Shown piece by piece: positions 1 to 9,627 of a stretch of DNA of 46,632 bases (the first letter of the stretch is position 1; each line of letters begins with the position of its first letter). The stretch comes from Acidimicrobiia bacterium (GTDB lineage Bacteria > Actinomycetota > Acidimicrobiia > Spongiisociales > JAHEDJ01). The stretch covers positions 1-46,632 of the forward strand of contig JARGFH010000028.1 of NCBI GenBank assembly GCA_029210695.1. The letters are read 5' to 3'. The notes beneath the pieces are model-generated. The model saw only the letters and a program-made list of their open reading frames with translations. It had not been told where the DNA came from and made no database searches. Position numbers and translations under genes: made by a program.

Positions 1-9
1 GGCCCACTA

Positions 10-66
10 CCAACGATGTCCTGAACCCCATAGACGGTCTACAAACCGCCAACGATGTCCTGGACC
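10..66. repeat. Two direct copies of CCAACGATGTCCTG(A/G)ACC; possible remnant of an IS481-family end
   Basis: 18-mers at 10-27 and 49-66 match at 17/18 positions. They resemble, from memory, the iterated AACGATGTCC motifs at actinobacterial IS481-family ends. No transposase in the window. Confidence 0.4.
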
Positions 67-107
67 TTCCCCCCTACAACCTATGACCTAGAACCTCTTT
101 CGGGAAC

Positions 108-365
108 CTATTCCTGGAACTCAGCCTCTAGGATCGCTTGAGCGGCCGGAGCGATTGCTCCCCAGTCGGCATCAGGAGTTTTGGTCAACGTCACGAAATC
201 GGCGGTCATGAAGACACTGGTCACGCCTTCGAGTCGGAACAGCGCAGTGGCCAGCGGGTCCTCGGTTTCCTGGCCGGGAATGAACGTCTTCGGGCCACCC
301 ACATCGACGCCGACGGTGAACTTCAATGCGTTCGGATTGGGCGTGTTCTCGATTCGAACCGGCAT
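108..365 (-). CDS. Stand-alone NifU/Nfu N-terminal domain protein (85 aa)
   Basis: MPVRIENTPNPNALKF...LFRLEGVTSVFMTADFVTLTK...DW is the Nfu_N signature. ATG at 365 follows a GAAGGA RBS. Confidence 0.9.
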   Translation of the reverse strand: MPVRIENTPNPNALKFTVGVDVGGPKTFIPGQETEDPLATALFRLEGVTSVFMTADFVTLTKTPDADWGAIAPAAQAILEAEFQE

Positions 366-407
366 GATCTTTCGTCCTTCCGTCGCCATGCATCGTAGTG
401 AGGTGCC

Positions 408-2381
408 ATGACGCTCGGAGTTGATGTTGGCGGTACCTTCACGGATCTGGCCTGGTGGGACGGCACCCAACTCAAGGTTGGGAAGACGTCGTCGACGCCC
501 GACCAGTCGGAGGGCGTTGTAGCCGGGGCGCGTGACGTGACCGGTGGGCGGCAAGTGGCCACCCTGCTGCACGGCACAACCGTGGCGACGAACGCGCTGC
601 TCGAGCACAACGGCGCCAGAACCGCGCTGGTGACGACGGACGGGTTCGCCGACATCATCGAGATCGGCCGCCAGGACCGGCCCTCCCTCTACGACAGCTT
701 CGTCGATCGACCCGATCCACTCGTGCCGGCGGGTCGAAGGTTCGGCGCAAGAGAACGCTCGTCATTGACCGGTGCCTACGGCTCCGCCCCCGCCGGGCTG
801 GAGGAGCTGGCGGCGGCCGTCGCGGCCACCGCTCCCGAAGCAGTCGCCGTTTCGCTCCTATACGGTTTCGCCAGCCCCGATCATGAGGAGGCAGTTCGAG
901 ACGCCCTTGCGGCAGTTCTGCCCGGCATCCCCTTGTCGATGAGCAGTGAGGTGGTCGGCGAGTTACGGGAGTATGAGCGAACGTCAACCACCGTCCTCAA
1001 TGCCTACCTGACGCCGGTGATGGCTTCGTATTTGCAGCGATTGGTTGAGCGGGCTCACCAGGCGGGATTACCCGAGGATGTCCTGGTTATGCGGTCCTCC
1101 GGTGGTTTGATGGACATCGGGGCCGCCGGCCTCCTTCCGGCCGCCGCCCTCCTGTCTGGTCCGGCCGGCGGCGTCGTCGCAACCGCAGCCCTGGGAGTGG
1201 CCATGGGTCACGGCAGGCTGATCTCGTTCGACATGGGCGGGACCTCCACGGATGTGTGCCGGATCGAGGGAGGGCGTCCCGAGGTGTCATACGAGCGCGC
1301 CGTCGCCGGATACCCGTGCCGGATGCCATCGGTCGCCGTCCACACGGTCGGAGCGGGGGGAGGAAGTGTTGGCTGGATCGACTCCGGCGGAGCGCTGCGA
1401 GTTGGTCCGCGCAGTTCGGGAGCGCGGCCGGGACCGGCCTGCTACGACCGGGGTGGTGATGAGCCGGCGGTCACGGACGCCAACCTCACCCTGGGGCGGA
1501 TGGGACCGGAGACGCTTCTGGCCGGATCGGTCCGGCTGCGGCCCGAACGAGCGAGAGCGGCTCTCGAGCGATTGGGAGCAAACCTCGATCTGACCGCCGA
1601 AGAGGCCGCATTGGGAATCGTAGAGATAGTCGAGGCGCACATGACCCGGGCGATCCGGGCGGTGTCCGTGGAAGAAGGAGCGGACCCGCGTGACGCGATG
1701 CTCGTGGCATTCGGCGGCGCAGGAGGTCTGCACGCCACAGCATTGGCCCGCAACCTCGAAATGGCCGGCGTCGTGATTCCCCCGTTCGCCGGCGTGTTCT
1801 CTGCTTTCGGGTTGCTGCTCAGCCCTCCCCGCCATGATCTGGCCCTCAGTGTCTTGCTCCGCGACGGCGAGTATCTAGATGAGCAGGCGCTCGCCTTGGA
1901 ACGGGCGGCGACGCACACCTTCCGGGTACACACCGGCCGGGCGCCCACCAGCGTCGAAATCGTAGCCGATGTGCGCTACCTCGGGCAGGCGCACGAAACC
2001 TCTGTTCGCTATCACCCGGGAGAAGGATGGGACGCCCTGGCCGGCTCCTTTCATCTCGCGCATCGTGAGCGCAACGGATTCGCCCGGTCGGGGGATCCGG
2101 TCGAGGTTGTCACACTCCGCGCCGAAGCCGTCGGAGATCCAGCTATGACCTGGGACGACCTCCCGGTGTTCCGGTCCACCGGCGAAAAAGAGCGCGGGAG
2201 CCGTGAGATTCTGACGGCCGATGGCCCGGTCCGCGCATCCGTTTGGAGGCGAGCGGGTTTGCCGGTCGGAGGCGAGGTCTCCGGCCCGGCCGTTATCGAA
2301 GAGGGCGAGGCGACAACGTATCTGGGACCGGGGGAGCGGGCCGTCGTCGTCGATTCGGGCGCCCTCGAGGTGTCGTGGTGA
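408..2381 (+). CDS. Hydantoinase/5-oxoprolinase family, A (ATP-binding) subunit
   Basis: Motifs GVDVGGTFTD, HGTTVATNALLE, SGPAGG, DMGGTSTDV, GAGGGS, PGPACY and FGGAGGLHA. Confidence 0.95.
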   Translation: MTLGVDVGGTFTDLAWWDGTQLKVGKTSSTPDQSEGVVAGARDVTGGRQVATLLHGTTVATNALLEHNGARTALVTTDGFADIIEIGRQDRPSLYDSFVDRPDPLVPAGRRFGARERSSLTGAYGSAPAGLEELAAAVAATAPEAVAVSLLYGFASPDHEEAVRDALAAVLPGIPLSMSSEVVGELREYERTSTTVLNAYLTPVMASYLQRLVERAHQAGLPEDVLVMRSSGGLMDIGAAGLLPAAALLSGPAGGVVATAALGVAMGHGRLISFDMGGTSTDVCRIEGGRPEVSYERAVAGYPCRMPSVAVHTVGAGGGSVGWIDSGGALRVGPRSSGARPGPACYDRGGDEPAVTDANLTLGRMGPETLLAGSVRLRPERARAALERLGANLDLTAEEAALGIVEIVEAHMTRAIRAVSVEEGADPRDAMLVAFGGAGGLHATALARNLEMAGVVIPPFAGVFSAFGLLLSPPRHDLALSVLLRDGEYLDEQALALERAATHTFRVHTGRAPTSVEIVADVRYLGQAHETSVRYHPGEGWDALAGSFHLAHRERNGFARSGDPVEVVTLRAEAVGDPAMTWDDLPVFRSTGEKERGSREILTADGPVRASVWRRAGLPVGGEVSGPAVIEEGEATTYLGPGERAVVVDSGALEVSW

Positions 2382-3922
2382 GCATCAGCCCGATTGCGCT
2401 GGAAGTGGCGAGAAACCAGTTCGGCTCGATCGCCGACGAAATGGGTTTGGTGCTGCGCAGGACGTCCTACTCGCCGAATATCAAGGAACGGGCAGACTGC
2501 TCTGCTGCGATCTTCGTTGCCTCCGGTGAGATGCTGGCTCAGGCCGAGCACATCCCGGTTCACCTCGGATCGATGCCTGCTTCGGTGGCGGCCGTCCTCC
2601 AGCAGTTCGGTGCCGGGGTTGAGCCCGACGCTCAGTACGCGGTCAACGATCCGTTCTTCGGTGGTACGCATCTGAACGACTTGACGCTGGTCCGCCCCGT
2701 GTTCTTCAACGGGCGGATCGTCGGCTGGGTCGCCAATCGTGCACATCATGCCGATGTCGGCGGTGAGGCGCCCGGTTCGATGCCCGCCCACGCGGTCGTC
2801 GTCGATCAGGAGGGTCACCGGGTTCCGCCGACGCTGGCAGTCCGCGCCGGCGAGTGGGTTCCGGAATTCCTCGAACCCTTCCTCCTGGCCACCCGGACCC
2901 CCGCCGAGCGACTCGGTGATCTCTCAGCCCAACTGGGCGCCAATGAAGTCGGGGCGAGGCGGATGCTGGCGCTCATCGGTGCCGGCGGGGTTGAGCTGTA
3001 CGAGGCATTGAGTTCCGCCCTGCTGGACTACGGGGAGCGTCGTATGCGGGCTGCTCTGTCCGGCCTACCGGACGGTGTGTTCCGGTTCTCCGACGTGATG
3101 GAGTGGGGCGAGGACGACCTCCCCATCGAGGTGGCCGTGCATATCGACGGTGATCGGCTCAGCGCCGACTTCTCAGGCACGCACGACCAGATCGAGGGGA
3201 ACATCAACGCCGTCGAGGCGGTCACCCGGAGTTGCCTGTACTACGCGGTGCGCGTTGCCACCGACCCGTCGATTCCGGCCAACGGCGGCTGCTATCGCCC
3301 GTTGGTATTGACGGCGCCGCCCGGCTCGCTGGTGGCAGCAGAAGCCCCGGCAGCCGTGGCGGCAGGGAATGTGGAGACCAGCCAGCGGATCGCCGACGTG
3401 CTGCTCGGCGCCCTGGCGCAGGCTGCTCCGGATCGGGTGCCTGCCGCCTCGCAGGGGACCATGAACAACGTCCTGATCGGGTCGGACGAGTTTGCCTATT
3501 ACGAGACGCTGGCCGGTGGACAAGGCGGCCGACCGACCAAGCGGGGGCAATCGGGCATCCATACGGGCATGACGAACACCAGGAACACGCCGATCGAGTC
3601 ACTGGAAACCCACTACCCCTTCCGTGTGGTCCGGTACGGTCTCAGGAGCGGCAGTGGCGGTGCGGGTGAGTTTGGAGGAGGCGAGGGTATCGAGCGCGAA
3701 ATCGAGTTCACCGCGCCTGCCACCGTGTCGTTAATGGGGGAACGGCGGCGCAATCGTCCCTGGGGGCTGGCCGGCGGCGCACCAGGCGCGACCGGGGAGG
3801 ATTGGGTGATCCGCCAAGGAGGGAGCCCCGAGCGAGTGCCCGGCAAGTCGACTTTCGACGTTGGACCCGGCGACCGGCTCCTCGTTCGCACCCCCGGCGG
3901 TGGGGGTTGGGGAACGCCATGA
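2378..3922 (+). CDS. Hydantoinase B/oxoprolinase subunit
   Basis: Motifs SPNIKERADCS, HIPVHLGSM, NDPFFGGTHLND, HHADVGG, MTNTRNTP and TPGGGGWG. GTGA overlap with the upstream stop. Confidence 0.95.
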   Translation: MSISPIALEVARNQFGSIADEMGLVLRRTSYSPNIKERADCSAAIFVASGEMLAQAEHIPVHLGSMPASVAAVLQQFGAGVEPDAQYAVNDPFFGGTHLNDLTLVRPVFFNGRIVGWVANRAHHADVGGEAPGSMPAHAVVVDQEGHRVPPTLAVRAGEWVPEFLEPFLLATRTPAERLGDLSAQLGANEVGARRMLALIGAGGVELYEALSSALLDYGERRMRAALSGLPDGVFRFSDVMEWGEDDLPIEVAVHIDGDRLSADFSGTHDQIEGNINAVEAVTRSCLYYAVRVATDPSIPANGGCYRPLVLTAPPGSLVAAEAPAAVAAGNVETSQRIADVLLGALAQAAPDRVPAASQGTMNNVLIGSDEFAYYETLAGGQGGRPTKRGQSGIHTGMTNTRNTPIESLETHYPFRVVRYGLRSGSGGAGEFGGGEGIEREIEFTAPATVSLMGERRRNRPWGLAGGAPGATGEDWVIRQGGSPERVPGKSTFDVGPGDRLLVRTPGGGGWGTP

Positions 3923-5091
3923 GCCCGGCACCCGCCGCTTCACCCGTGTTTTCTAACCGTGGAATCCGCTGGTGGCTGCTCGTCTCATCTGGCTTTGTGT
4001 TGGTGGTGCTGCTCGTCGCCTGGAACGCCTCTGTGACCGCCAGGTGCAACCTGATCGAGGTCAGGCAGTCGGTCGTCAACGCCTGGCCGTTCCAGGTGAT
4101 CGATTACGACGCGCCGGGTCTCGAGGGGGCGGGGTTGGAGGGCGTGAGTGCCGTTGCCAGGGTGCAGTCCTCAGGGTCGGAGTGGATCGACGTCGAGGGC
4201 TGGGATAGCTGCCTTCGGCCGATGACCTACCAGGTGGAGGAGATCCTGTGGGTCTCCGATGATTTGCCGTCCACTGCCGGCACCCTGGCAGTTCCACCCC
4301 TCCCTCTCCAGGGAAAGGCAATCCTCCCGGCCGCGGCAAGGACCGGCCCGGGCGAGTTCTTCGTGTTCTTCAGTCATTGGGACGGCGCTGGTGGCGGTGT
4401 CCCGACCGACTGGTGGGCAGGCCTTGTACTCGATTCTGATCAGGTGCCCGTGGCCGGCCTCGACGAGGTTGGCGCAGAAGAACTCACTGCGCTGCTCGAA
4501 GACGGTGAGGTTCCGAGTGTCGACACGATGCGGGCCCTGGTTGGCTACCGGCAGGAGCTGTTTCTGCTCGGTCTGGCGCGAGCCGCCGGTGAGCCCTTCT
4601 GGGACGTGGGGATGCGTACCGAAGCACTCCTGCGGTTCAGAGGCGAATCTGTGCGGGATTATCTCGGCACTCCCGAATTAGACATCTGGCTCGAGTGGGA
4701 TCCGGTCGATCGACGACTCGGTTGGACCAGAAATCATCTTCCCGATGGTGCCGCCGCTGCTCTCGAGATCGAATGGGGCAACGGTGAAGTCGTGGTCATC
4801 CATCACTCGTTGACGTCCGATAGCGTCACCTCCGTCGGTTTGCTCAGCTCGGTTGGCCTCACCGGCCCCGAAGCACTCGTTCCGGGCGGAGGGGAATTAT
4901 CGATTCGCGGGCAATATGCGAAAGCGACCCCGCTCAGCCTCGTGTTGTTCGACGAAGACGGCGACATTGCCATCATTCATCCGGTGCCGGGTTGGATCCT
5001 GCAAGCACTCGACGAACGGCAAGCCGTTGCAGTGGATCTGGATCTCCGTGGCGCGTTCAATTGGCGGACGCTGGACCGACCTCCGAGCTGA
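3919..5091 (+). CDS. Hypothetical membrane-anchored or exported protein (~390 aa)
   Basis: ATGA overlap with the B-subunit stop. Long ORF with an N-terminal hydrophobic segment (WWLLVSSGFVLVVLLVAW). No recognised domain. Confidence 0.7.
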   Translation: MSPAPAASPVFSNRGIRWWLLVSSGFVLVVLLVAWNASVTARCNLIEVRQSVVNAWPFQVIDYDAPGLEGAGLEGVSAVARVQSSGSEWIDVEGWDSCLRPMTYQVEEILWVSDDLPSTAGTLAVPPLPLQGKAILPAAARTGPGEFFVFFSHWDGAGGGVPTDWWAGLVLDSDQVPVAGLDEVGAEELTALLEDGEVPSVDTMRALVGYRQELFLLGLARAAGEPFWDVGMRTEALLRFRGESVRDYLGTPELDIWLEWDPVDRRLGWTRNHLPDGAAAALEIEWGNGEVVVIHHSLTSDSVTSVGLLSSVGLTGPEALVPGGGELSIRGQYAKATPLSLVLFDEDGDIAIIHPVPGWILQALDERQAVAVDLDLRGAFNWRTLDRPPS

Positions 5092-5159
5092 CCCGGCCCT
5101 ATGACCGATGGCCTGCGTCCTATGGGCGATTGCCCGGCTCATGTGTCGTCTGATTTCGG

Positions 5160-5171
5160 TAACCTGCCCGC
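5160..5171 (+). promoter_or_regulatory. Probable -10 element of a leaderless glcD transcript
   Basis: TAACCT lies 6 nt before the ATG at 5172, with no SD sequence. Confidence 0.55.
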
Positions 5172-6587
5172 ATGACGCTCACTGCCGAACTTCGGGACAT
5201 TCTCGGGCACGATCGGGTGTTGTCTGAACCGCTCGAACGCTGGGTATACGGCATGGACTCAGGTGTCGTCAGGGGTGACGCGCAACTTGTCGCCTTCCCA
5301 GAGACAACCGCGGAAGTGGCGGCGATCGTGCGCGTTGCCAGGCATTACCGCACGCCGATCGTTGCGAGGGGGGCCGGGACCGGTTTGGCCGGAGGAGCGA
5401 TTCCTACCCAACCCGGCCTGGTGGTTGTCCTGACCAAGATGAACTCCGTCGAGATCGATGAAGCAAATGCCACCGCCTGGGTGGGCCCCGGGGTCATCAA
5501 CCTCGACCTCTCGAAGCAGACGGAACCGCATGGTTTCCATTTCGCACCCGACCCGTCATCCCAGTCGGCGTGCACCATCGGGGGCAACATCGCCAACAAC
5601 TCGGGAGGCCCTCACTGTCTTGCGGAGGGGTCGACGGTCGGGCATGTCCTTGCGGTCGAACTGGTCACCGCCGACGGTGACGTGGTGATGCTGGGTGGGC
5701 CGGCTCCCGATCCGATCGGGCTCGATCTGCGCGGCGTGGTGGTTGGATCGGAAGGCACGCTCGGGATCATCACCAAAGCCCTCGTGCGACTGACGCCCAA
5801 TCCACCCGATGTGCGAACCCTGCTCACCGGCTTTGCCAGCGTCGAGGACGCCGCGGCCACCGTCTCGGGCATCATCGCCCGCGGTGTCGTGCCTGCCGCT
5901 CTCGAGATGATGGATCAGCGCATGACCCAGGCAGTTGAGCGGTTCGTCAGCGCCGGTTTCCCCACCGACGCCGCCGCCGTGCTCCTCGCTGAGGTGGTCG
6001 GCCTCTCGGCTGCCGTCGAGGCGGAGGCCGCCATCATCAGCGAAGTTGCCAGGGAGAACAACGCCACCACGCTCCGGGTGGCAGCCGATGAAAGCGAGCG
6101 GGCCAAACTCTGGCTGGGTCGTAAGTCGGCCTTCGGTGCCGTCGCCCAGGCCGCGCCCGACTACTACCTGCACGACACGGTCGTCCCCCGTACGAAGCTC
6201 GTCGAGACCATGACCCGGGTGTACGAGATCGCTGATCGCCACGGGATCACAATGCTCAACGTTTTCCACGCCGGTGACGGCAACCTCCACCCCTTGATGG
6301 CCTTTGATTCGGAAGAAGAAGGAATGCTCGATCGGGTGAAGGCTGCTGCGCGGGAGTTGGTCGAAGTATGCGTTCAGGTAGGGGGTGCCCTCTCAGGAGA
6401 GCACGGCATCGGAATCGAGAAGCGGGATCTCATGAAGCTCGTCTTCAACGAAGCAGACCTCGATGCACAGGCCCGCATACGTGAGGCCTTTGATCCGGCG
6501 CAGGCGCTCAACCCGGACAAGATCCTGCCGGCCGGTTCACGCTGCTTCGACCTCGGCCGGCCGCCACTCGAAGGGATGTGGGTGTGA
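5172..6587 (+). CDS. glcD: Glycolate oxidase-type FAD-linked subunit
   Basis: Motifs ARGAGTGLAGG, PDPSSQSACTIGGN, GSEGTLG, FHAGDGNLHP and GEHGIG. Confidence 0.9.
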   Translation: MTLTAELRDILGHDRVLSEPLERWVYGMDSGVVRGDAQLVAFPETTAEVAAIVRVARHYRTPIVARGAGTGLAGGAIPTQPGLVVVLTKMNSVEIDEANATAWVGPGVINLDLSKQTEPHGFHFAPDPSSQSACTIGGNIANNSGGPHCLAEGSTVGHVLAVELVTADGDVVMLGGPAPDPIGLDLRGVVVGSEGTLGIITKALVRLTPNPPDVRTLLTGFASVEDAAATVSGIIARGVVPAALEMMDQRMTQAVERFVSAGFPTDAAAVLLAEVVGLSAAVEAEAAIISEVARENNATTLRVAADESERAKLWLGRKSAFGAVAQAAPDYYLHDTVVPRTKLVETMTRVYEIADRHGITMLNVFHAGDGNLHPLMAFDSEEEGMLDRVKAAARELVEVCVQVGGALSGEHGIGIEKRDLMKLVFNEADLDAQARIREAFDPAQALNPDKILPAGSRCFDLGRPPLEGMWV

Positions 6588-7693
6588 CCTCCGTCCGTTC
6601 TGCACTAGATGGTTTACCCGCTCAGAGCTCCCCGGTCGACGGTGCGCCGGAGGCAGATGTGACGGTTGCCCCCTCATCGTTCGACGAGGTTGGTGCGATT
6701 CTCGACACCGCCAGTGAGCACCATCTACGGACTCTGATCTGGGGTGGCGGAACTCACCAGGGTTACGGCGGGCGGCTCGACCCCGTCGTCGTGCTGTCGA
6801 CCGCCGGTCTCGATCGAGTGGTCGATTTCCAGCCTGAGGACCTCACCGTCACGGTGGAGGCGGGCGTCCGGGTGTCAGATCTCGAGGACCTTCTCGCCGG
6901 GCACAATCTGACCGCGGCCTTGCCCGAGACTCCCGGCAATGCCTCCGTCGGGGGCGTTGTGTCTGCCGGTATCAGTGGTTGGCGGCGCGCGAGGTACGGT
7001 CCTACTCGCGAGCGACTTCTCGAGGTCAATCTCGTCACCGGTGACGGCCGTCAGGTCCGTGGTGGCGGTCGTGTCGTCAAGAACGTGACCGGTTTCGATC
7101 TGCCCAGGTTGGCGACCGGCTCGTTCGGTTCCCTCGGCGTAATCGTGCAGGTGTGCCTGAAGCTCTGGCCGCTCCCATCCGCCAGAGGATGCGTGACGGT
7201 GGCTGATGGTGATGCAGCCCTGGCTGCCGCCTACCGTCCGCAGGCCGTGATCGAGTGCGACGGAACCACGAGGGTCTACCTGGGCGGAACTCCGGAGGAA
7301 GTTGAAGGTCAAAGCGCGGCATTGGGCGCCGATCCCGTCGAAGGGTGGGACTGGCCGGAGGATCCGGCCGGCGAGGTGCAATGGTCGTTGCGAGTTCCTC
7401 CCGCATTGCTCCGAACGGCCATCAAGGAGGTCCGCGGCAAGTACAGCTATCAAGCGGCACTCGGAGTCGGCGAACTGCGGATGGCAGGTGACGAGGGCGA
7501 CGTTAGCGCCTTGCGCACCTGGGCCGAATCGGTGGGTGGGGCCCTCGTTCTGGTCGATGGCCCTCCCGGGCTGTATGAGCGAATCGACCCGTGGGGTACC
7601 CCGCCTCCGAGCCTGTCGATTCAGAACAGGATCGTGCAGCGATTCGACCCCGTTCGGATCCTGAATCCCGGCCGGCTTCCGGGAGGTCTGTGA
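6584..7693 (+). CDS. glcE: Glycolate oxidase-type FAD-binding subunit
   Basis: Motifs PEDLTVTVEAG, GGRVVKNVTGFDLPRL and FDP..ILNPGR. GTGA overlap with glcD. Confidence 0.88.
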   Translation: MTSVRSALDGLPAQSSPVDGAPEADVTVAPSSFDEVGAILDTASEHHLRTLIWGGGTHQGYGGRLDPVVVLSTAGLDRVVDFQPEDLTVTVEAGVRVSDLEDLLAGHNLTAALPETPGNASVGGVVSAGISGWRRARYGPTRERLLEVNLVTGDGRQVRGGGRVVKNVTGFDLPRLATGSFGSLGVIVQVCLKLWPLPSARGCVTVADGDAALAAAYRPQAVIECDGTTRVYLGGTPEEVEGQSAALGADPVEGWDWPEDPAGEVQWSLRVPPALLRTAIKEVRGKYSYQAALGVGELRMAGDEGDVSALRTWAESVGGALVLVDGPPGLYERIDPWGTPPPSLSIQNRIVQRFDPVRILNPGRLPGGL

Positions 7694-8964
7694 TGGCCTG
7701 GACGACCCTGGAAGCACCAACCAAAGCCGAGCTGTCTGCCTGTATCCAATGCGGACTGTGTCTACCGCATTGCCCGACGTTCCGGTTGACGGGCATGGAG
7801 TCGGCCTCGCCGCGCGGCCGCCTGATGGTGATGTCGGCGGTGGCTAAGGGCCATGGTGAGGTCAACGATGTCTTCGATGACCTGATGAGTTTCTGCCTGC
7901 AATGCCGGGCCTGTGAAGTCGTGTGCCCGTCGCTGGTTCCCTTCGGTCGCGCCATGGAAGGCGCCCGGATCGAGATCGCCGCCCAACTCCCCTCTCCGGT
8001 TCGCCGGGTCCGGCAGTTGATCACCGGAAGGTTGATCGGGAGTGTCCGGGCGATGCGATTGGCGACCCGGATGGCCAGGCTGGTTCAGCGCACCGTGCCG
8101 GCCAGATTCCTTCCCCGACAGGTGCGGAGGTCGATCGGCGGACTCCGCCCCTTGCCGAAACGACCCGTCTCGACCATCGGGTCCACCTTCACTCCGGTTG
8201 CTCCAACCGGTTCGGGAGTGGCGGCGGTGCTCGCCGGATGCGTGATGGACCCCTGGTTTGGTGACGTACACAAGGCGACGATCGAGGTCCTCCGCCGCGC
8301 CGGTTACCGGGTGGTGCTGCCGGATGGTCAGACATGTTGTGGCGCCCTAGCTGCTCACGATGGGAATGTGCACGGGACCAGGCGTCTAGCGAAACAGAAC
8401 ATCAAGGCATTCGTGTCGGCAGACCTCATCGTTACCGACGCCGCAGGCTGCGGTGCCCACTTGAAGGAATACGGCAACTGGGCGGGCGACGCGGGTGAGA
8501 TCTTCGCCTCGAAGGTCCAGGATGTGACCGAAGTCGTTGCCGCAGCCATCGAAGACGGCCGGTTACCTCGTCTCGAGGTACCGAGAGGCAAAGTGGCGAT
8601 GCAAGATCCCTGCCACCTGCGCCATGCTCAGCGGATCACGGCGCAGCCGCGGACGATCGTGTCGGCGGCCGGGTACGAGCCGGTTGAGATCGACGACGTT
8701 GGCATGTGCTGCGGAGCTGCAGGTTTGTACAGCGTGCTCCAACCGGCTGCTTCGGCCGAGCTGGGCCACAAGAAGGCCGAACAAGTGAAGGCGTCTGGAT
8801 CGACCGTGGTGGCGTCGGCTAACCCCGGCTGTGAGATCCAGCTGCGCGGATACCTCGGTGGCGCCTACCGGGTGGCCCACCCGGTCGAGCTCTATTGGGA
8901 AGCGCTGCAAGCTGGAGACATCGAGACGGTAGGCTGGTCGCTCGCCGACGAAGGCACCCGTTGA
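7693..8964 (+). CDS. glcF: Glycolate oxidase iron-sulfur subunit
   Basis: Two ferredoxin motifs (CIQCGLCLPHCP, CLQCRACEVVCP) and two CCG domains. TGATG overlap with glcE. Confidence 0.9.
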   Translation: MAWTTLEAPTKAELSACIQCGLCLPHCPTFRLTGMESASPRGRLMVMSAVAKGHGEVNDVFDDLMSFCLQCRACEVVCPSLVPFGRAMEGARIEIAAQLPSPVRRVRQLITGRLIGSVRAMRLATRMARLVQRTVPARFLPRQVRRSIGGLRPLPKRPVSTIGSTFTPVAPTGSGVAAVLAGCVMDPWFGDVHKATIEVLRRAGYRVVLPDGQTCCGALAAHDGNVHGTRRLAKQNIKAFVSADLIVTDAAGCGAHLKEYGNWAGDAGEIFASKVQDVTEVVAAAIEDGRLPRLEVPRGKVAMQDPCHLRHAQRITAQPRTIVSAAGYEPVEIDDVGMCCGAAGLYSVLQPAASAELGHKKAEQVKASGSTVVASANPGCEIQLRGYLGGAYRVAHPVELYWEALQAGDIETVGWSLADEGTR

Positions 8965-9569
8965 CTGATGTGAACTCCTCAACCCCGGTTCCCGCCGCGT
9001 CGCAGATGCGCCGGCTGCTTGGACTCGGGATGCATACCCTTGGCACGAGTTTCGACGTTGGATTGCTGGTCGTCGGCACCGGCCTCGTCGGCCTGGCGAT
9101 TGCCGTGCTGCTCGACGGCTTCGACGTCGTTGAGATTGGTCTCACCGACTCGACCGGCTCGATGCTCGGATCCGGTCTGGTCATTGCGGTGTTCGGTGCT
9201 TTTGCCCTCGGCGTGGCCGTTGAGGGGCCGATCGGCTACTCGACGCGGCGGCGCGGGACCTTCACCGATATCGAGGTGGCGGTCGCCGGCGCCCTCGGCG
9301 CTCTGCTCGTCGGACTCGTCTTGTTTGTCATCGCCAACATCGGCCGTGGGTTCATCGAGGATCTGCCGATACCGTTCGATTTCGCGGTGACGGTGATCCG
9401 CAGCGCAGGGCGGGCCGGCATGACGGCCGGGTTGTTCCTCGGGGTTCCGGCCCTCTGGGGCGTGCGGGAGTTGTGGGGTCACAATTCCTGGATCGAGGAA
9501 ATCGAGCTACCCATCTTCTATGCCATCTGGGCGACGGCGGCAGCCTTCTTCATCGCCGGAGCGATCTAG
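8961..9569 (+). CDS. Hypothetical integral membrane protein (~5 TM)
   Basis: Several long hydrophobic segments. TTGA overlap with the glcF stop; exact start uncertain. Confidence 0.75.
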   Translation: MTDVNSSTPVPAASQMRRLLGLGMHTLGTSFDVGLLVVGTGLVGLAIAVLLDGFDVVEIGLTDSTGSMLGSGLVIAVFGAFALGVAVEGPIGYSTRRRGTFTDIEVAVAGALGALLVGLVLFVIANIGRGFIEDLPIPFDFAVTVIRSAGRAGMTAGLFLGVPALWGVRELWGHNSWIEEIELPIFYAIWATAAAFFIAGAI

Positions 9570-9627
9570 AGCCGGGCGTCTCTGGGCTCCGGCGCGCTAA
9601 AACCCGGAACCTACAACCCAGAACCCC

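Noticed and set aside
290..435. GVDVGG peptide in both the NifU-N protein and the divergent hydantoinase A
   Set aside because: Short match in unrelated folds with differing codons; most likely coincidence.
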